Assembly (NCBI RefSeq): GCF_009834535.1
Contig: NC_045697.1
Span: 3,970,001 to 4,034,000, forward strand
DNA from: Camelus ferus
Lineage: Eukaryota
Length of the DNA: 64,000 bases
Reading direction: 5' to 3'
Shown: in pieces, positions 39,198 to 52,689 of the stretch
How positions within the stretch are numbered: the stretch's first letter is position 1
Layout of the letters: every line of letters begins with the position of its first letter
The notes under the pieces: model-generated
The model's input: the letters and a program-made list of their open reading frames with translations, nothing else
The model's database searches: none
Told to the model about the DNA's origin: nothing
Translations under genes and position numbers: made by a program

Positions 39198-40767
39198 TTG
39201 TGGCCCTAAAAATCTTCCACGGTCACAAAATAGCACAACCCCTTGTCCTTCCAGCTACGGTACCTAGTTTTCCCTTCTTAGCACTAATCATCATGTGCTT
39301 CCTTGCTCTATTATTTCTCTCTGGCCCTTCTCTCTGCTCTAACTGTGAATTTCAGGATGGCAGGCAGGCCTCTGTCTACTGTGGGCCCTGCTGTACTCCC
39401 AGCCCCAGCACAGGGCCTCAGTCCCAGCACAGGGCCTCACACACAGCAGACACTCAAAATAAATATTTGTTGAATGAACAAATAAAGATTAGAGGATGCC
39501 AGAGATTTACAGCCTGCTTTGGATCATTCCTAAGAGACAGAATTGTTAGTAACAGCTCTTGATGCTATGGTGTTTACAGGGAAAATGGATATAATGGATG
39601 CTTATTAAGATGGACATTATACTGGTGTTTATGTGTTGTAATTATGTCACAGTCTGATGACAACGCTTAAGTATCCTTAGCAGAAAGCTGGCATCTTCCA
39701 AAAAGAAGCAACCTTAGGTGAGAAGACGGCCAGGTAAAGCTCACAGCATAGAACCTGCCACCGAGCAAGCAGCCAGTCAAAGGCAGGTGGTTTTGCTTCT
39801 CAGCCTCTGCTTCCCACATGGGGAAGTTGGAATGGGTGGCAGATCCCTAAGGTCCCTTCAGCTCAGACTGGGAGACTCAGTGGCAGGAATATCCAACTGC
39901 CCTGCCTGTCCTGAACCCCTCTTTCCTGCCCTGTAGCTATATGGTGATGCGCTTGCATGTCTGTCTTCCCCACACGACTGGCCCCCTGAGTCCTTTATCT
40001 CTAGCACCTCTGGTCGGCAGGCACAGTCTGTGCTCAGTAAGGGCTTGTGGAACCAGGCTCAAGGTCCGCCCAAATGCCACCTCCTCCAGGACGCCTTCCT
40101 GGGACACCAACCAGAATATTGCCTTCCCTTCTTGGGAACTCTGCTGGCTTTGCCACTGAAAAAAAACCCTACCCTATTATCCGTGTTTCTTTCTTCATAG
40201 GCTCTATTCCTGTTTATTTACTTGTCTACCTTCTGTCTTCGCCTATAGGACTTCAGTCCCAGGGCAGGGACCTGGCCCATAACGGAGCTTGATACATGAA
40301 AGGGGCCCAAGGGAAAAGCGATTTCCAGCGCCCAGCCAGGATCCTTGCAGGGGGAGGGCACTCAGGCCTGTTGGAACTGTCAGAATGTCCCTGGGCATCT
40401 CATCTCACCCCTGCCTGGACCTTAGAGCTGGAAGGACCTGGATGCCCTCCTGACCTAACCCTCATACAGGAGCCCAGAGAGGGTGAGTGGTGTGCCCAGG
40501 CTCACACAGCAGAAGTTGTCTGATGCCCCATTCTCCGTCACGCCCACTGATTGTTCCTCTCTCCCACATCACCTCGGTAAAGTTCTCAGCAACTTTTCTG
40601 GATGCCACCCTTTCCCCCCAAATCTTACCCATTGAACAGACATACAGCAAGGAGGTTTGTGATGGGGGGGGGGTGTCACTCTCTCCAGAGTCTGAATCCT
40701 GCCTCTCATGCTTCCCAGCAGAGGGACCCGGGCAAGTTGGGTCATTTCTTTTACTTTTTGAAAAAAA

Positions 40768-41232
40768 AATTTAATTGTAGTAAAATACACATAGCATAAA
40801 ACATTCTATCTTAACTATTTCTAGGTACCCAGTTGGGTGGTATTAGATATACTCATAATGTGCAACCTTCACCACCACCATCTCCACAGTCTTTGTCTTG
40901 CAAAGCTGAAACTACACATTGAACAGTTACTTCCATTCCATCTCCCCTGAGCCCTTGGCAACCACCATTGTACTTTCTGTCTCTATGAGTTTAACTCCTC
41001 CAGGGACCTCATACAAGGAGAATCACACAGGCTTTATCCCTTTGTGCCTGGCTGATTTCACTTAGCATAATGTCCTCAAGGTCCGTCCACGTTGGAGCTG
41101 GTGTGAGAACTTCCTTCCTTTTTAAGGCTGAATAGGATTCGTTGTACGGGTCTGCTTTGCTTATCCGTTCATCCATCGATGGACCCTAGGGTTACTTCTG
41201 CATTTTGGCTGTTGTAAATTATGCTGCTATGG
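40768..41232 (-). mobile_element. L1MA/MB-type 3' end
   Basis: ttaattgtagtaaaatacacatagcataaaa...ggcaaccaccattgtactttctgtctctatgagttt...atttcacttagcataatgtcctcaagg. Confidence 0.88.
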
Positions 41233-42989
41233 GTCGTCTCTTTTTAAGCTTCATTCCTCATTTGCAAAATGGTGTCCCTGTCCTGCTATTTTATTATCAA
41301 TTAATTTGCCTGCCGTTTACTAAAGGAGCCACAGAGGCCTCATAAACAGGGTAAAAATGAGTGTCCTCTGCATACCACGTGCACGTCTCCAGACTTTGTA
41401 TCACAGCCCTGTGAGGTGGGTGCTGGTGCCATCCCGTTTACGGAAGCAGAGAGAAATGGCGACGTTTCCCAAGGTCCGACGGCCAGGAAGTGGCAGAGCT
41501 GGGACCGAGACGCTCTGGCTCCAAAGCCCGGTCTCCCTCAGCCACACATTCTCCGTGTGCCTGGGCTGCTCCCACCTGCGGTGCTGAGCGCAGTGTGCTC
41601 ACAGAGTCACAGGGGACCTTCACACGACCCACCGCTGCCGAGTCCCTGGCTTGTCCCGAGCATTCCTGGAAGCAGGAAATGAGCCACCAAGGGGGGGTCA
41701 GTCCTGGCTATCCTGGGGAGGAAGATGGAGAAAGGCATCAGAAGCCTCTACAGTCCATCCAGCTGCAAAAAGTGCCCAGTTTTTCCTGTGAAGTAGATGT
41801 TCCTCGAAGACATCTTTTGAAAAACAAAACAATAAAACCCATTCAGGAGTCGTGTGGAAACTCATATTTCATACATCTCTTTTGAAAAAAAGTCTAAAAA
41901 AACTATATTCTGTCTAGTTGACATGATCAAGAGGATATCTAACAATATTCACAGGGACAGCACATCAATTTAATGCTAAAAAACATCAAAATCCGTCATC
42001 TAACTAATTTTCACAGTCAAATGGAAAAGAGAGCACATGTGGTCCATGGAAGTCTTACCTGAAGGGGGAATTGACGTAAGTCAGACACCCTCCCCATCTG
42101 TGCCTTGATTTATAGCATTTTGGGGATGAATAGAATTTCTACCTCAAGACCATCTGGCCTAATTACCCTCATGGCTGGCACAGGGCCCACTTTTGAAGCA
42201 AAGGTGCTTGTGGGTCCTCCAAAGAGCCCCCTCCTCCCGTGCTACCCCAACGCGTCAGCCACCTTCTTGGCAGTGTGGGCGCTGTCTGGGATAATTGTCA
42301 GTTGCACCAGGCTTGGAGAAATCAGCTGGTGCTGGTTCTTTGCATCCAGGAAGCCACCCAAACAAACTTCTTCTCCCCCAGTAAGATTGGCAGTTCAGGG
42401 TGTTAACAAAGTACTTACTCATTTATCGTTACTGTTTCCTGTAAAGAGATGGCAATGACCAAGGCTAGAACCACCTGGTCACCGACAACAGCTCTTGTTT
42501 CCTGAGAGCCTACCGTGTGCCAGGCACGTCCCAACTGTCAACTCTCTAACCTGCTTAGCGACCCCTGGAGGCCCCTCACCCTCTCTGTCAGGTGAGGAGA
42601 CTGAGGCTCTGAAAGCACCAGCAAGTCTCCCAGGCTGCAGAGGCGGGGTTTGAACCCAGCTCTGGCAGGACCAGAGCTGTGCCCTCTTCTCCATCCCAAG
42701 TGTTGCTTCAGTTCTCTGCCTGGCCTTTTACCTTAATTGTCCTAATTAGAGAGAGACTCCCAGGGGCAGTGGGCGAGGCCTTGGTCAGGAGATGCAGACT
42801 TGGAGGAGGTAATTCAGGGTGAAAGGTCAGGAAAACGCAAGTGTCTGTTGGAGGCGAAGCTGCCAGTATTCTCAGAGAAGGGGGAGTAGTGCCAACTGGA
42901 ATTGGGGTACATGGAGGGGAGTGAGGAGACCAGGATTAAGGTTTGGGGCCCCCAGCAGACCCCGGGGTGAGCAGTCAGTGCAAATGGCT

Positions 42990-43380
42990 TATTACAGAGG
43001 TGAGGTCAGCAGAAATAAGAGCTCCCAAAGGTATCTACCTCTTAATCCCAGGGACCTGTGAATCTGTTACATCACACAGCAAAAGGAACTTGGCATGTGT
43101 GAATAAAGTTACAGGCATGTGAGAAGGACTTGACCTGCTGGCTTTGAAGATGAAGGAAGGGGCCATGAGGTAAGGAACACAGGAAGCCTCTAGAAGTGGG
43201 AAAAGGCCAGGAAATGGATTCTCCCCAAGAGCCTCCAGAGAGAATCAGCTCTGAAGATGCCTTGATTTAGAGACATGCGTGCCAGACTTCTGACCTCCAG
43301 AACCATAAGATAATAAAGTATGTTGTTTCAGTTGCTAACTTTCGGGTCACTTATTACAGCAGTGACAGGAAACCCACGTA
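42990..43380 (+). mobile_element. MLT1D-like MaLR LTR
   Basis: gctggctttgaagatgaaggaaggggccatgag...ggaaatggattctcccc...gacttctgacctccagaac. Confidence 0.85.
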
Positions 43381-46300
43381 GCAGGTGACCTTAGGAAAGG
43401 CTGGCAGGGGAATAGGGAAGCCAGGCAGGTGTGTCATCAAACCAGTGGCCAGGGATCACCTGGTGATCAGTCACCCCACCCAAGGGGCTAGGGCTCCTGC
43501 CGGCAGTGGCAGGAGGTAGGGAGGGGGCATTAATTCTGGCAGCCAGAGAGAGCCCTCTGGAGAAGAGCCGCAGGTGCCAGAAACTCGAAGTTGGTAAAAG
43601 AGGCCTCAGTAGCATCTGTGGCAGGAACACGCAGGGACCTGACTGACGGTGGGGTCTCAGCCTCAGTGTGATTGTCTCATTGAGTTCAGGAATCCCCAGT
43701 CTTCTAAGATTCTGACCTGACATATCACCCCCTGCTCCACATCCTCCCTTGGCTCCCCATTGCTCCACAGTCTCACCCTGCCCCCATCATGGGGCCTGCC
43801 TGCTTTCCCAGCCGGACCCTGCCTCCTGTCCCAACCAGCCCCCCACCCTCCAGATCACCCAGCCATTTGCACCTCCTGATGGGTTATATTTGTTGCAGCT
43901 CTCAGCCTTTGCAAATGCGGTTCCCACTGCCTGGAATGCGCTCCGTACACACCCCGCCTTCTTAACTCCTGTGTGCTCCCATGTGACCTCTTTCTGGAAG
44001 CCTTCCCTGCCCCGCCCCTGTGGCTGGGCCAGAGGCCTCTCTTGCACTGTCCACTGCACCCAGCTTTTGCTACCCCGCCCCGGGGCCCCCACCCACGGTG
44101 CTGCTCCTGGCGGGCCCCGCGCCCCAGGCAGCTGTGCCTGAGTCGGCTCTACCCGGCGGGCGCGCGGCCCAGGGCACCCAGCAGGGCAGGGAGGGCCTCT
44201 GCTCTGCAGAACCCAAGTCATGGGAAAGGCATGTCTTGCTGCCCGCAGCCCAGCCGCTGGCCGCTGGGCCCAGCTATTTTTACTTCTTCCCCCTGCAGAG
44301 CTGAGGCCTGCGGGGCAAATTCTCAAACCAGGCCAGTGGGACCTGCCAGACGAGCGAAGACACTTGCCGGTGCTGCCCCAGCCAGAGGCCGGCAGGAGCA
44401 GCCAGCCGCGGGGGCTTCTCCTCTGGGGCACAGCTGCAGGCTCAGGGCCGCTGCCGCGCTGCCCCCTGAGAGTCCCGTAAGACGGCTGCGCGCAGGGACC
44501 AGCTTTGCCACCTTCTCCCTGAGTGACCTTGAGCAAGTCATGTCACCTCGTCTTCCACACAGGCAGGAGTCTAGCTCTCTCTTGCAGGTCATCCTGAGGA
44601 TGGAATGATAACCAGGGTAAATAGCTGAGTCTAATTCGAAGGATACTTTAAAGAGGCAAAACAGTTGCATGAATCAAAATTCAAAATACAGATGGGGTAT
44701 TTACTCAGTGCCGATCCAGCCCTTATCCCCAGACAGCCAGCCGGCCACCCTCCCTGAAGTCAGCAATGTGGCTGTTCTTTCTACCCAATCCTTCCCTCTC
44801 TCCTTTTCTCTGTCCTTCTGTAGACACATGGTTAGATAGATGGCAACAGACAGAAAGCAGAGCAAGCCAGGGGTTGCTATGAGAATACATGTTTGTATTT
44901 ACATTTACACACACACAGTCACACAAATGCACACACACCATCATGGAGTCCCTATTTGGGGCTCCATGCTTTGGCACTTAGTTGTGCTCACAAATGAAGC
45001 TTTTATGCCCCACCCTCTGTCATCATCAGCTCATAATTGTCAGTGTTAACTACTGCTCATTGACTGACCAGCTACCAGGCACCGTGCTAGGTTCCCTGCA
45101 AATACTACCCTCATTTTAGGGATGAGGAAACTGAGGCTCAGAGAGGCTGGGTAACTTGGCCAAGGTCATACAGCTAGCTGGTGGCAGAGCCAGGAGCCAA
45201 GCCCTGGTTTTGGACCCCAAAACCTGTATTCAGATCCATTTGGCTTCTGATGACCTGGCCCCAGGCAAGTGTCCCAGGCTCCAGGCATGCCAGGTGCACT
45301 GAGGCTGTCTCTAGGGGTGCCCCATATCCTCTGGACAAGCATTAGGGAGGAATGGAGCCAATGGGGCTCCAGTTCCTCTGGGAGTCACCAATGTCAGACT
45401 GGAGGAGCCCACACCAGACAGCCCATCCCCTCATGGTACCCTAACATTCAGAGAGGGCAGGGCCTTTCTCCAAGTCACATGGCAAGGGAGTGACAGGCCC
45501 AGAACCAGAATGCAGGGTCAGCCCTGCCCTGCCCTGTCAAATGGGAAGTATTTAATCAATGCCAATGTGGAAAGGGTGTTCACCCATAGCTTGCTGGGGC
45601 ACCCCAAAGCATCACTGGGATTCTGGCTCCTGGATCTGAGGTGCCCTCATTAAACCCTGAACTCCTGGAAGGTAGGGCCCCCCCACAGCTCATTCATCTC
45701 CAGGGTCCCATCCCCACCACACCCACCCGAGGGCTCCTGGGACGGACCTAGAACAAGGTGGGATGAATACGTGAAGGAATTCTACTCCCCGACACCAGGT
45801 ATCACTGATTTGAATCTAAACTCGTAAAAGAAGAAATTTCAATGTGTTTAAATCCTATAACATGCTGTGTTCCCTCAGGAACAGGAGGCCCTGGACTTAG
45901 AATCAGAGGGCTTTTTGGAATTCAAGTTGTCCCACTTACCAGCTGTGTGATGTTGGGCAAGTTGTTTAACCTCTCTGGGCCTCAGTTTCCTCATCTATAA
46001 GATGGAAGTAATAAAATCTACTGTACAGGTCCTGGGCAGGACAAAATCAAATGGTACAGATGAAAGCACTTGGCAAATAAGGACAAAATCACATTAACCA
46101 CAACGATCCTAACATACCCTGAGCAGATGTTGTGCTGGGCTCTCGGTATCCCTTCCATGGAGGACAGGCTCATTCATAGAGCCACTGTATTTTGCTCTGA
46201 GCATCCACACCTCTCACATCACTCAGTCCTATCTAGAATATTCTTGCTCATTTGTTCACCATCTGTTGTTCCCCCACTCGGATGCCAGTGCCGAGAGGAC

Positions 46301-48811
46301 AGGGGTTTCTCTGTGCTGTTCCCCACTCCATCCCTGGCACCTGGAACCGGACTGGCTAGCACATGGTAGCTGCTTGTTAGGGATTTATTCAATGAATGCT
46401 CCTTTCAGTAGGTGGGTAAGGGAGGCATCCTCTTCCCTACTTTATAGATGAGAAAACCGAGGCACGGATGGGTAGAGGCGACTTCCTCTCTACAGCACGT
46501 CCATGCTCCTCCCACCACAGCTGAACTCAGGAGTGGAGGAGCCCAGAGTGCAGGCCCAGGAGCCCGACTGCCTGGGTTCAAAGCCTGGCTCTGCCACTTA
46601 CTAGTTGTATGACCAAAGGCAAGTCACTTGAGCTCTCTGGTCCTCATTTTCCTGCCTGTAAAATGGAGGTGATAATAGTAGTGATAATAGTAGCTGCCTA
46701 TTGGGTTGTTAGAGAATTATATGAGGTTATCTCTGTAATGTGACTGACCTAGGGCACGGCAGAGAGGGATGTTGGCTACCAACAACAGCACCTGAAACGC
46801 TAGGAAGAAGCAGGCCCAGGGGATGATTCACCCACAGTCACTCTGCTAACTCCAGGCTCCATCCACCACCCACACACTCGTCATCACCTGCACCTGGAGA
46901 CCCACCACTCTTGGGGAGCAAGCCAGGCCGAGCGATGGGCTCCCAGGACAGTTGGGGTGTTGGGGTGTTCCATCCTGGGCTGGGCTGGGCCTGGCCTGGG
47001 GCCTCTGCTATCAGCACTACATGCAGCTCTTGGAAATGGGCCCATATTGGTCTGTATTGGCCGCAGCTGCTCTGGCCCAGACTGGGTAGGGAGAAGAGGA
47101 GGGTTGTGGACCTGGCAGGGAGCCCAGGATGGGGGAGCCAGGGGTCTGTGCAGCATAGACGAATAATCACGTCCACAGTCACCCTCCTTTGGGACAGTTA
47201 AGTTCTGGTTATGAGCTTGGTTGTAGATTTTCAAGCCCCTTTTGGAATTAAGATCACTTCTGGCGGGCTTGGGACAAGCTTCTGCAAAGAGTTTGTGTGA
47301 TATGGTTCAAAGAATAAAGGTTTTGGTCTCAGATAGACCTGCCTCTACCACTTACCACTTGTGTGACCTTGGACAAATAATGCCCTCAGTTTTATCTGTA
47401 AAATGGGCATAATGCCTGTTCTTCCTCATGGCCATGTCAAATAAGAAGGAGCATGTAAAGCCCTTCCTTCCAGAAAATCCTCTTCCCAGCAAGGACAGCA
47501 GACCAGTGCATCTTCAGGCACCCTGACTGGGCTGGGGTCCCCTTCCTTGCCCTGTGACCCTGCCTTGCAGCCGTCAGGCATCTTGGTTAGAGAGATTTAC
47601 TAGGAGGGCAGATGATCCTCAGAATTCTGCATGGCCGGGAGGGCTCTGGTATTCACCCAACTTGGATTCAGTGCCCAGTGGAACGGAGCTTTGTATGGCC
47701 CTCCCCGCTGGAGCAGACCCACGTGGGGGTCGGGGCTAAACAGATGGCCTGAAGTGTCAGCGCTAAATTAAACTGGGTCCCGACTCCGCTCTGTGACTGG
47801 GTGAGCTGCTTAATCTCCCTGAGGCTGATTCCTCTTTTGGGAAACGGCATAACTCATCACCCTGGAAGAGGCTGCTCCATGTCCATGTTGAGCTCAACAC
47901 AGGAAAAGTATCTCCCGCTGTCTCTGAAGAGGTAGGCCCTTCTCATCCTGCTCTGGGGCCCAGCGTCATCTAGGACAGAAGCTCAAGGCCATGGGAGGGG
48001 TCCCCAGATGGCAGGAGGATGGGCGCTGCCTGGGGAGGATACCTCAAACATATGAGCTGTGAAGACGGGACTCAGGGGAGCACAACTTGTGCCAACAGGC
48101 TCCTTCTGCCCTGGGGAGGGGTCTTCTAGGAGGAAGGGCAGAGGTCATGAGGACAAGGATATCTGACAAGCTCAGGGTGACGAAAGGAGAAGCTGGAAGT
48201 CTCTGATGGGCCCAGGATCCTCTCTGAGAGGGACCAAGGGTGGGGATAATGACCCTGAAAGCCCTGAACCTTGGACTCTGCCCACATCCTTGTCATCTCT
48301 GCTGTGCCCCTTTAGAAAAAGAAGGGTGGGTGTCATTGGCCCCCAGAGAAGGAGTGGGCAGTGGCCAGATAAGGAGGAAAGGAAGGGGGCCCAGCCCCAC
48401 GCCAGTGGGAGGAACGGGAGATGGGGAGGGCCAGCTGGGTCCTGAAAAGTGCTCTGGGCTTAATAGTCTTCAGTTTCCTGTGGGTCCCTGGCAGCCTCCC
48501 ACAGGCCCCCAGCTTTGGCGCCATGAAACAGCCTGTCAGTTTCAGGACGGGCGCTCCCAACCAGGGCTCTACACATAGACACTAGAATCCCCTCCCCTGA
48601 CAGCCAGATGAGATGGGCCACTCCCTCCAGAGTTGGGAGAGAGGAAAGAGTGGCCGTGCTCTCAGGATGCAGGCTTCACTGTGCATCAGGAGGCTCCCTG
48701 GACGTGGAGTGACTGGCCACCCCAGACACTCTAAAGACACTGGGCACACTCTGGGGAGAAATGATTACAGCAGGGACCTCAGAGAGGAAAAGAATTCTCA
48801 CCTAAGACAAA

Positions 48812-49149
48812 TGTGTTGGTCAGTTTATGTGTCAACTCGGCCAGGCTCCTGTCCTCATTTACTCAGTCAAGCATGCTGGTGGGTGCTGCTGTGAACGCTT
48901 CTGTTGATGTGGTGTGCAGCAACAATCAGTGGACTCAAGTAAAGAGATCAGCTCAATCATGTGGGTGGGTGTTGTCTAATCAGTTGAAGAGCAAAACTGA
49001 GGTTTCCCTGAGAAGGAAGAAATTCCGCCCATGGATGGAAGCTCCTGCCTGAGTCTGCAGCTTGCAGACTCTCCCAGCCAGATCCTATAATCACATCATC
49101 CAATTCCTTGAAATGCATCCCCGTTTCTCTGTGGACCCTGGCTGACACA
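48812..49149 (+). mobile_element. MLT2 (ERVL) solo LTR
   Basis: tgtgttggtcagtttatgtgtcaactcgg...aactgaggtttccctgagaaggaagaaattc...gtttctctgtggaccctggctgacaca. Confidence 0.8.
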
Positions 49150-49357
49150 GGAGGAAACAGAGGTCCTGTCCCAGGTTCATCTCCCCTTCCTTCTTTCCGT
49201 TCATTCCTTGAGTGCTGACCTGGGGCCCATGATGCAGCAGACACAGTGCTAGACCCTGGGTATGTGATGGTGACTACAGCAGACACCTTCCAGACTGACG
49301 GGAAAGACTGATGGGGAAAAGATGCAGATACGGTGTAAGTGATGATTCCTGCGTCCT

Positions 49358-49533
49358 CAGTGTGCTGTGACTCAAGGAGTTGGCTCATCTCTTCCTGACT
49401 CCATGTTCAATGATGTCACGTTGGCTTGAAATTGGCTTTGGTGGGAGTATTTGCACCGTGGACGTTGTCAAATGCTGCAAATTAGGGCTCTCCCCACCCC
49501 ACCCTCCACCCCCTGCTCACCAGCACACCACTG
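49358..49533. mobile_element. MER63-like hAT-Blackjack element within an L2
   Basis: gttcaatgatgtcacgttggcttgaaattggc...ggtgggagtatttgcacc...ccagcacaccactg end. Confidence 0.75.
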
Positions 49534-51538
49534 TCTGTAAGAATATAACAAGGGACCAACTAAATTAGGGGTCTGGGGGACTCAAGAAAGGCTTCTCTGA
49601 GCGAATGACTTTTGAGTGAGGTCCAAAGACTAATCAGGACTAAACTAAATGGAGAGTGAAGGGAAGAGCAGCTAGGCAGAGGGAACAGCACGTGGGGAGG
49701 CCCTGAGGAGAGAAACAGCCTCATTGTTTCATTACCATCTCTCTCACCTGGGTTTCGCACCAGGGGGTCCTGGCAGGGTCGTCACCATCCCCTGTGTCCT
49801 TATCTGAAGACTGGGGGAGAGTGGCAGGAGCTGAGGGAGGAAAGGTCGGCCTTGGAAGTCAAGGTCAGGAGCACAGATTCTTCTCCAAGTTCAGTGGGAA
49901 GTCACAGGGCAGGAACATGATCTGATTAATATTTTTAAAGCACCACTGAGGCTGCCAGGAGGGGTGTAGAATCAGAGAGAGCATCCCAGGCGGGAGGGGA
50001 TAGCCACCTGGTCAGATGGACAATGATGAAGAAGAGCAAAAGTGGACGGATTAGAGGTTTATTCAGAGGCACTGCTCGTGAGGCTTACAGACGAGACAGA
50101 GGGCTGGAGGATGACACCAATGTTCTGGCCTAAGAAACTAGGGGGTGGTGGCACATTGACAGAGATGGGGAGGGAGTGGGGGGAGAGGTGTTAGGAGGTG
50201 GGTATCAAGAGTTCTGAATGGGGTGTGAAAAGCTGAAGGCATTTCTGCTTGGGACAGACAAAGGGTTAAGCCACCAGTCAGCCAGACAGCCTTGGACTAC
50301 TGGCCACTGGCTTGGGGTCAGGAACAACTAACTTATCTCTTTGCTCTGTCCTCCTGAGCCCAGGCCTCTAACCTAGAGGTCACCTCAGGGTCCAAAATAA
50401 CTGTTGAAGCTCCAACCATCATGTCTTCATCCCAGGTGTAAAGCAAGAGGAAGGGAAGATGGGCACAGTAAGCTTTCGCCAGCTCTCTGTTCCCTTCTTT
50501 AATGAGATTTCTGCAAAGCCCCCCACTTTACCAACTTCTCCTTTGGCTCACTGCTCAGAACAAGGTCACACACCACACCTGGCTGCAAAGGAGGCTGGGA
50601 AATGTAGTCCTTGGTGAGACATTTAAATTGGGGTTTTACTGGAAAGGAAGAAGGGAGGACTAGACAGCAGGGAGGCAGCAATCTGGGCTACACTGTCTTT
50701 CTTCCATGGCTCTCCCACTCCCTGGCTTAACAATCTCCCGCGCCCCTGGTGTGGACACGTAAAATTCAGACTTCTTGCTGGGACCTGCAAGCCCCTCACC
50801 CTCTGGCCTCTACTGCCCTGTCCAACCTCTCCCCAGACCCCTTCTTCCCTTGTCACAGACCTGATTCTTGTTCCAAGGGGAAAGTCACGTTGTGATCACT
50901 CCGTGCACCTCAGTACCCTGACCAGGGCCTGGAATCAGGCCAAGGTCAAGGTGTACAGAAGGAATAGGATTGTGGTGCTTTCTAGGGATGCACACGATCC
51001 TGGGATTACCTTGTCGTGCAGTTGTCACCACTGTCCCTGTGAGATGGAAGCAGGGAGAGGCTTCTGAGACACCAGGGTGGACGGTGCTGAGCCTTGACCC
51101 CACGACAGAGCATGGTCCCAGTGAGACGGAGGTGAGTGTAGCCCAGCTGCAGATACTCTAAACTGTAGTGTGCACTATAGAAAGCAAAGCAGTGTTGTAA
51201 AGGTTGACATGGCCAAGGTGGCTGCAGGGCAGGGAGGCCTGTCTTGGGCAGAGAGCCTTACAGAGGCCACAGGAGCCTCTCTAAGCTGCCATCGGTCCCT
51301 CATCCCGGTTTACGGTGAGGGTGGTGAGGTCCAGAGCTGGGGACAAGCGACCGGGTGGGTCCTGTGCGCAGATTTCCAAGTGAGTATTCAGTTCTACAGA
51401 TGGAGAAACTGAGGTTTAGAAAGGTTAAACAAGCAGGTGAGGTTACTATTATTTCATTTTTCTGATACTTCATCTCACATTGTATTTTTTCTTAATTAAA
51501 AAATTTTAAAAATTCATCTCATATTATCTTATCGCAGA

Positions 51539-51633
51539 CTTTTCTTCCCTTCCTCCCTGCCGGCCTCCCTCCCTCCCTTCCTTCTTTCTTCTTTCCTATC
51601 TTTCTCCCTCCCTCTTTCTCTCTCTTTTCTTTT
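51539..51633. repeat. Polypyrimidine low-complexity tract
   Basis: ~95 bp of almost only C/T (ccct, cttt units). Confidence 0.85.
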
Positions 51634-52249
51634 AGGGACAATTTCATGCAACAAAATGCACAGAGCTTAAGTATTCGATGAGTTTCTCGAAATGTAGACA
51701 CTCTGTAACCACCGATCCAATGAGGGTAAAGTGCATTTCCGACACCTGAACCCACTGCCCTCACATCCCTTTCTAATCGAGTCCCCTCGCCCTCCCAAAG
51801 CACTCCCGTGGGTTGGTTTTTGCCCGTTTCTGAACTTCATACACGTGGATTCAGGCTGACTCTTTTTTTGTTTACTTGAGAATGGCGCGGGGAGCAGGGG
51901 TGCGGGTGCCGAAGGGCTGCGGTCGGGGACTCTCAGCTACGTGCCCACATCTCGTCCCCTCCTTCCCTTGCCAGCCCTGCTCCCGGCCTCTGCACAGCAC
52001 ACTGACCCACTTTCTCTGCGGGGCGTACTCCCTGACCTGCCGGCTGCTGCGAGCTCCCCTTGCGCAGAGCGGCCCTTCAGTGCCCTCGGCACAGTGGTGC
52101 TGAAATCGCTGGTTGCGTTATTTTTCCCTCAACACCTGCATCCCCGCTATGAGGTCAGGGTGTCCTGGCCACCTCACATTCCCAGGTGTAGCTTGCCCTG
52201 GGCTCACACGTGCTCAGTAAAAATTTGTTGAACAGTTGATTGCAGGAGA

Positions 52250-52277
52250 GTGTGTGTGTGTGTGTGTGCGCGCACGT
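52250..52277. repeat. (GT)n(GC)n alternating purine-pyrimidine tract
   Basis: gtgtgtgtgtgtgtgtgtgcgcgcacgt. Confidence 0.9.
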
Positions 52278-52689
52278 CTGTGTCTGAGGGAGAGAGGAAG
52301 TGGGTTTATGGGCCGAGGACCACAGAGGGGCACAGGGGCGGTCCTGCCTGGAGAGGCCACGGGATAGCACCCCAAGGAGGGCTTACTGGGCCTGGCACTG
52401 ACCCATGTTTGCTCCCTTGAAATGCTTCCCAGCATCCCTAAGTGATGGAGGTATAGACGAGGTAGGAGGCCTAGAGAGGTTCTGCTGCTTAACACCAGGC
52501 TGGCTTCCTTTGTTTTGGCTGAAGCAGCCACAAGCCCACTTGTGGTCAACAGGCAGCCCCATGGACCCCACCTCTCAGTGCAAGAAGTATCAAGGAATTT
52601 CAGGGCTGTGTTTTAAAACCACCATTACCATTATTCATAATTAGATTGATGAAAAAATATCTAAAATTGTATTGACTCCTTACTCAGAA

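Noticed and set aside
39404..39439. Direct repeat cccagcacagggcctca x2 (similar short duplications at ~9363, 22231, 46669)
   Set aside because: Simple slippage duplications, mostly within old repeats, with two copies and no unique spacers. Not CRISPR-like and no functional context.
39650..39725. TGATGA suggesting a C/D-box snoRNA
   Set aside because: No downstream CTGA D box with a terminal stem at a suitable distance.
52083..52104. TTCAGCACC on the minus strand resembling a REST/RE1 site
   Set aside because: Only the left half-site is present and the GGACAG right half is missing.
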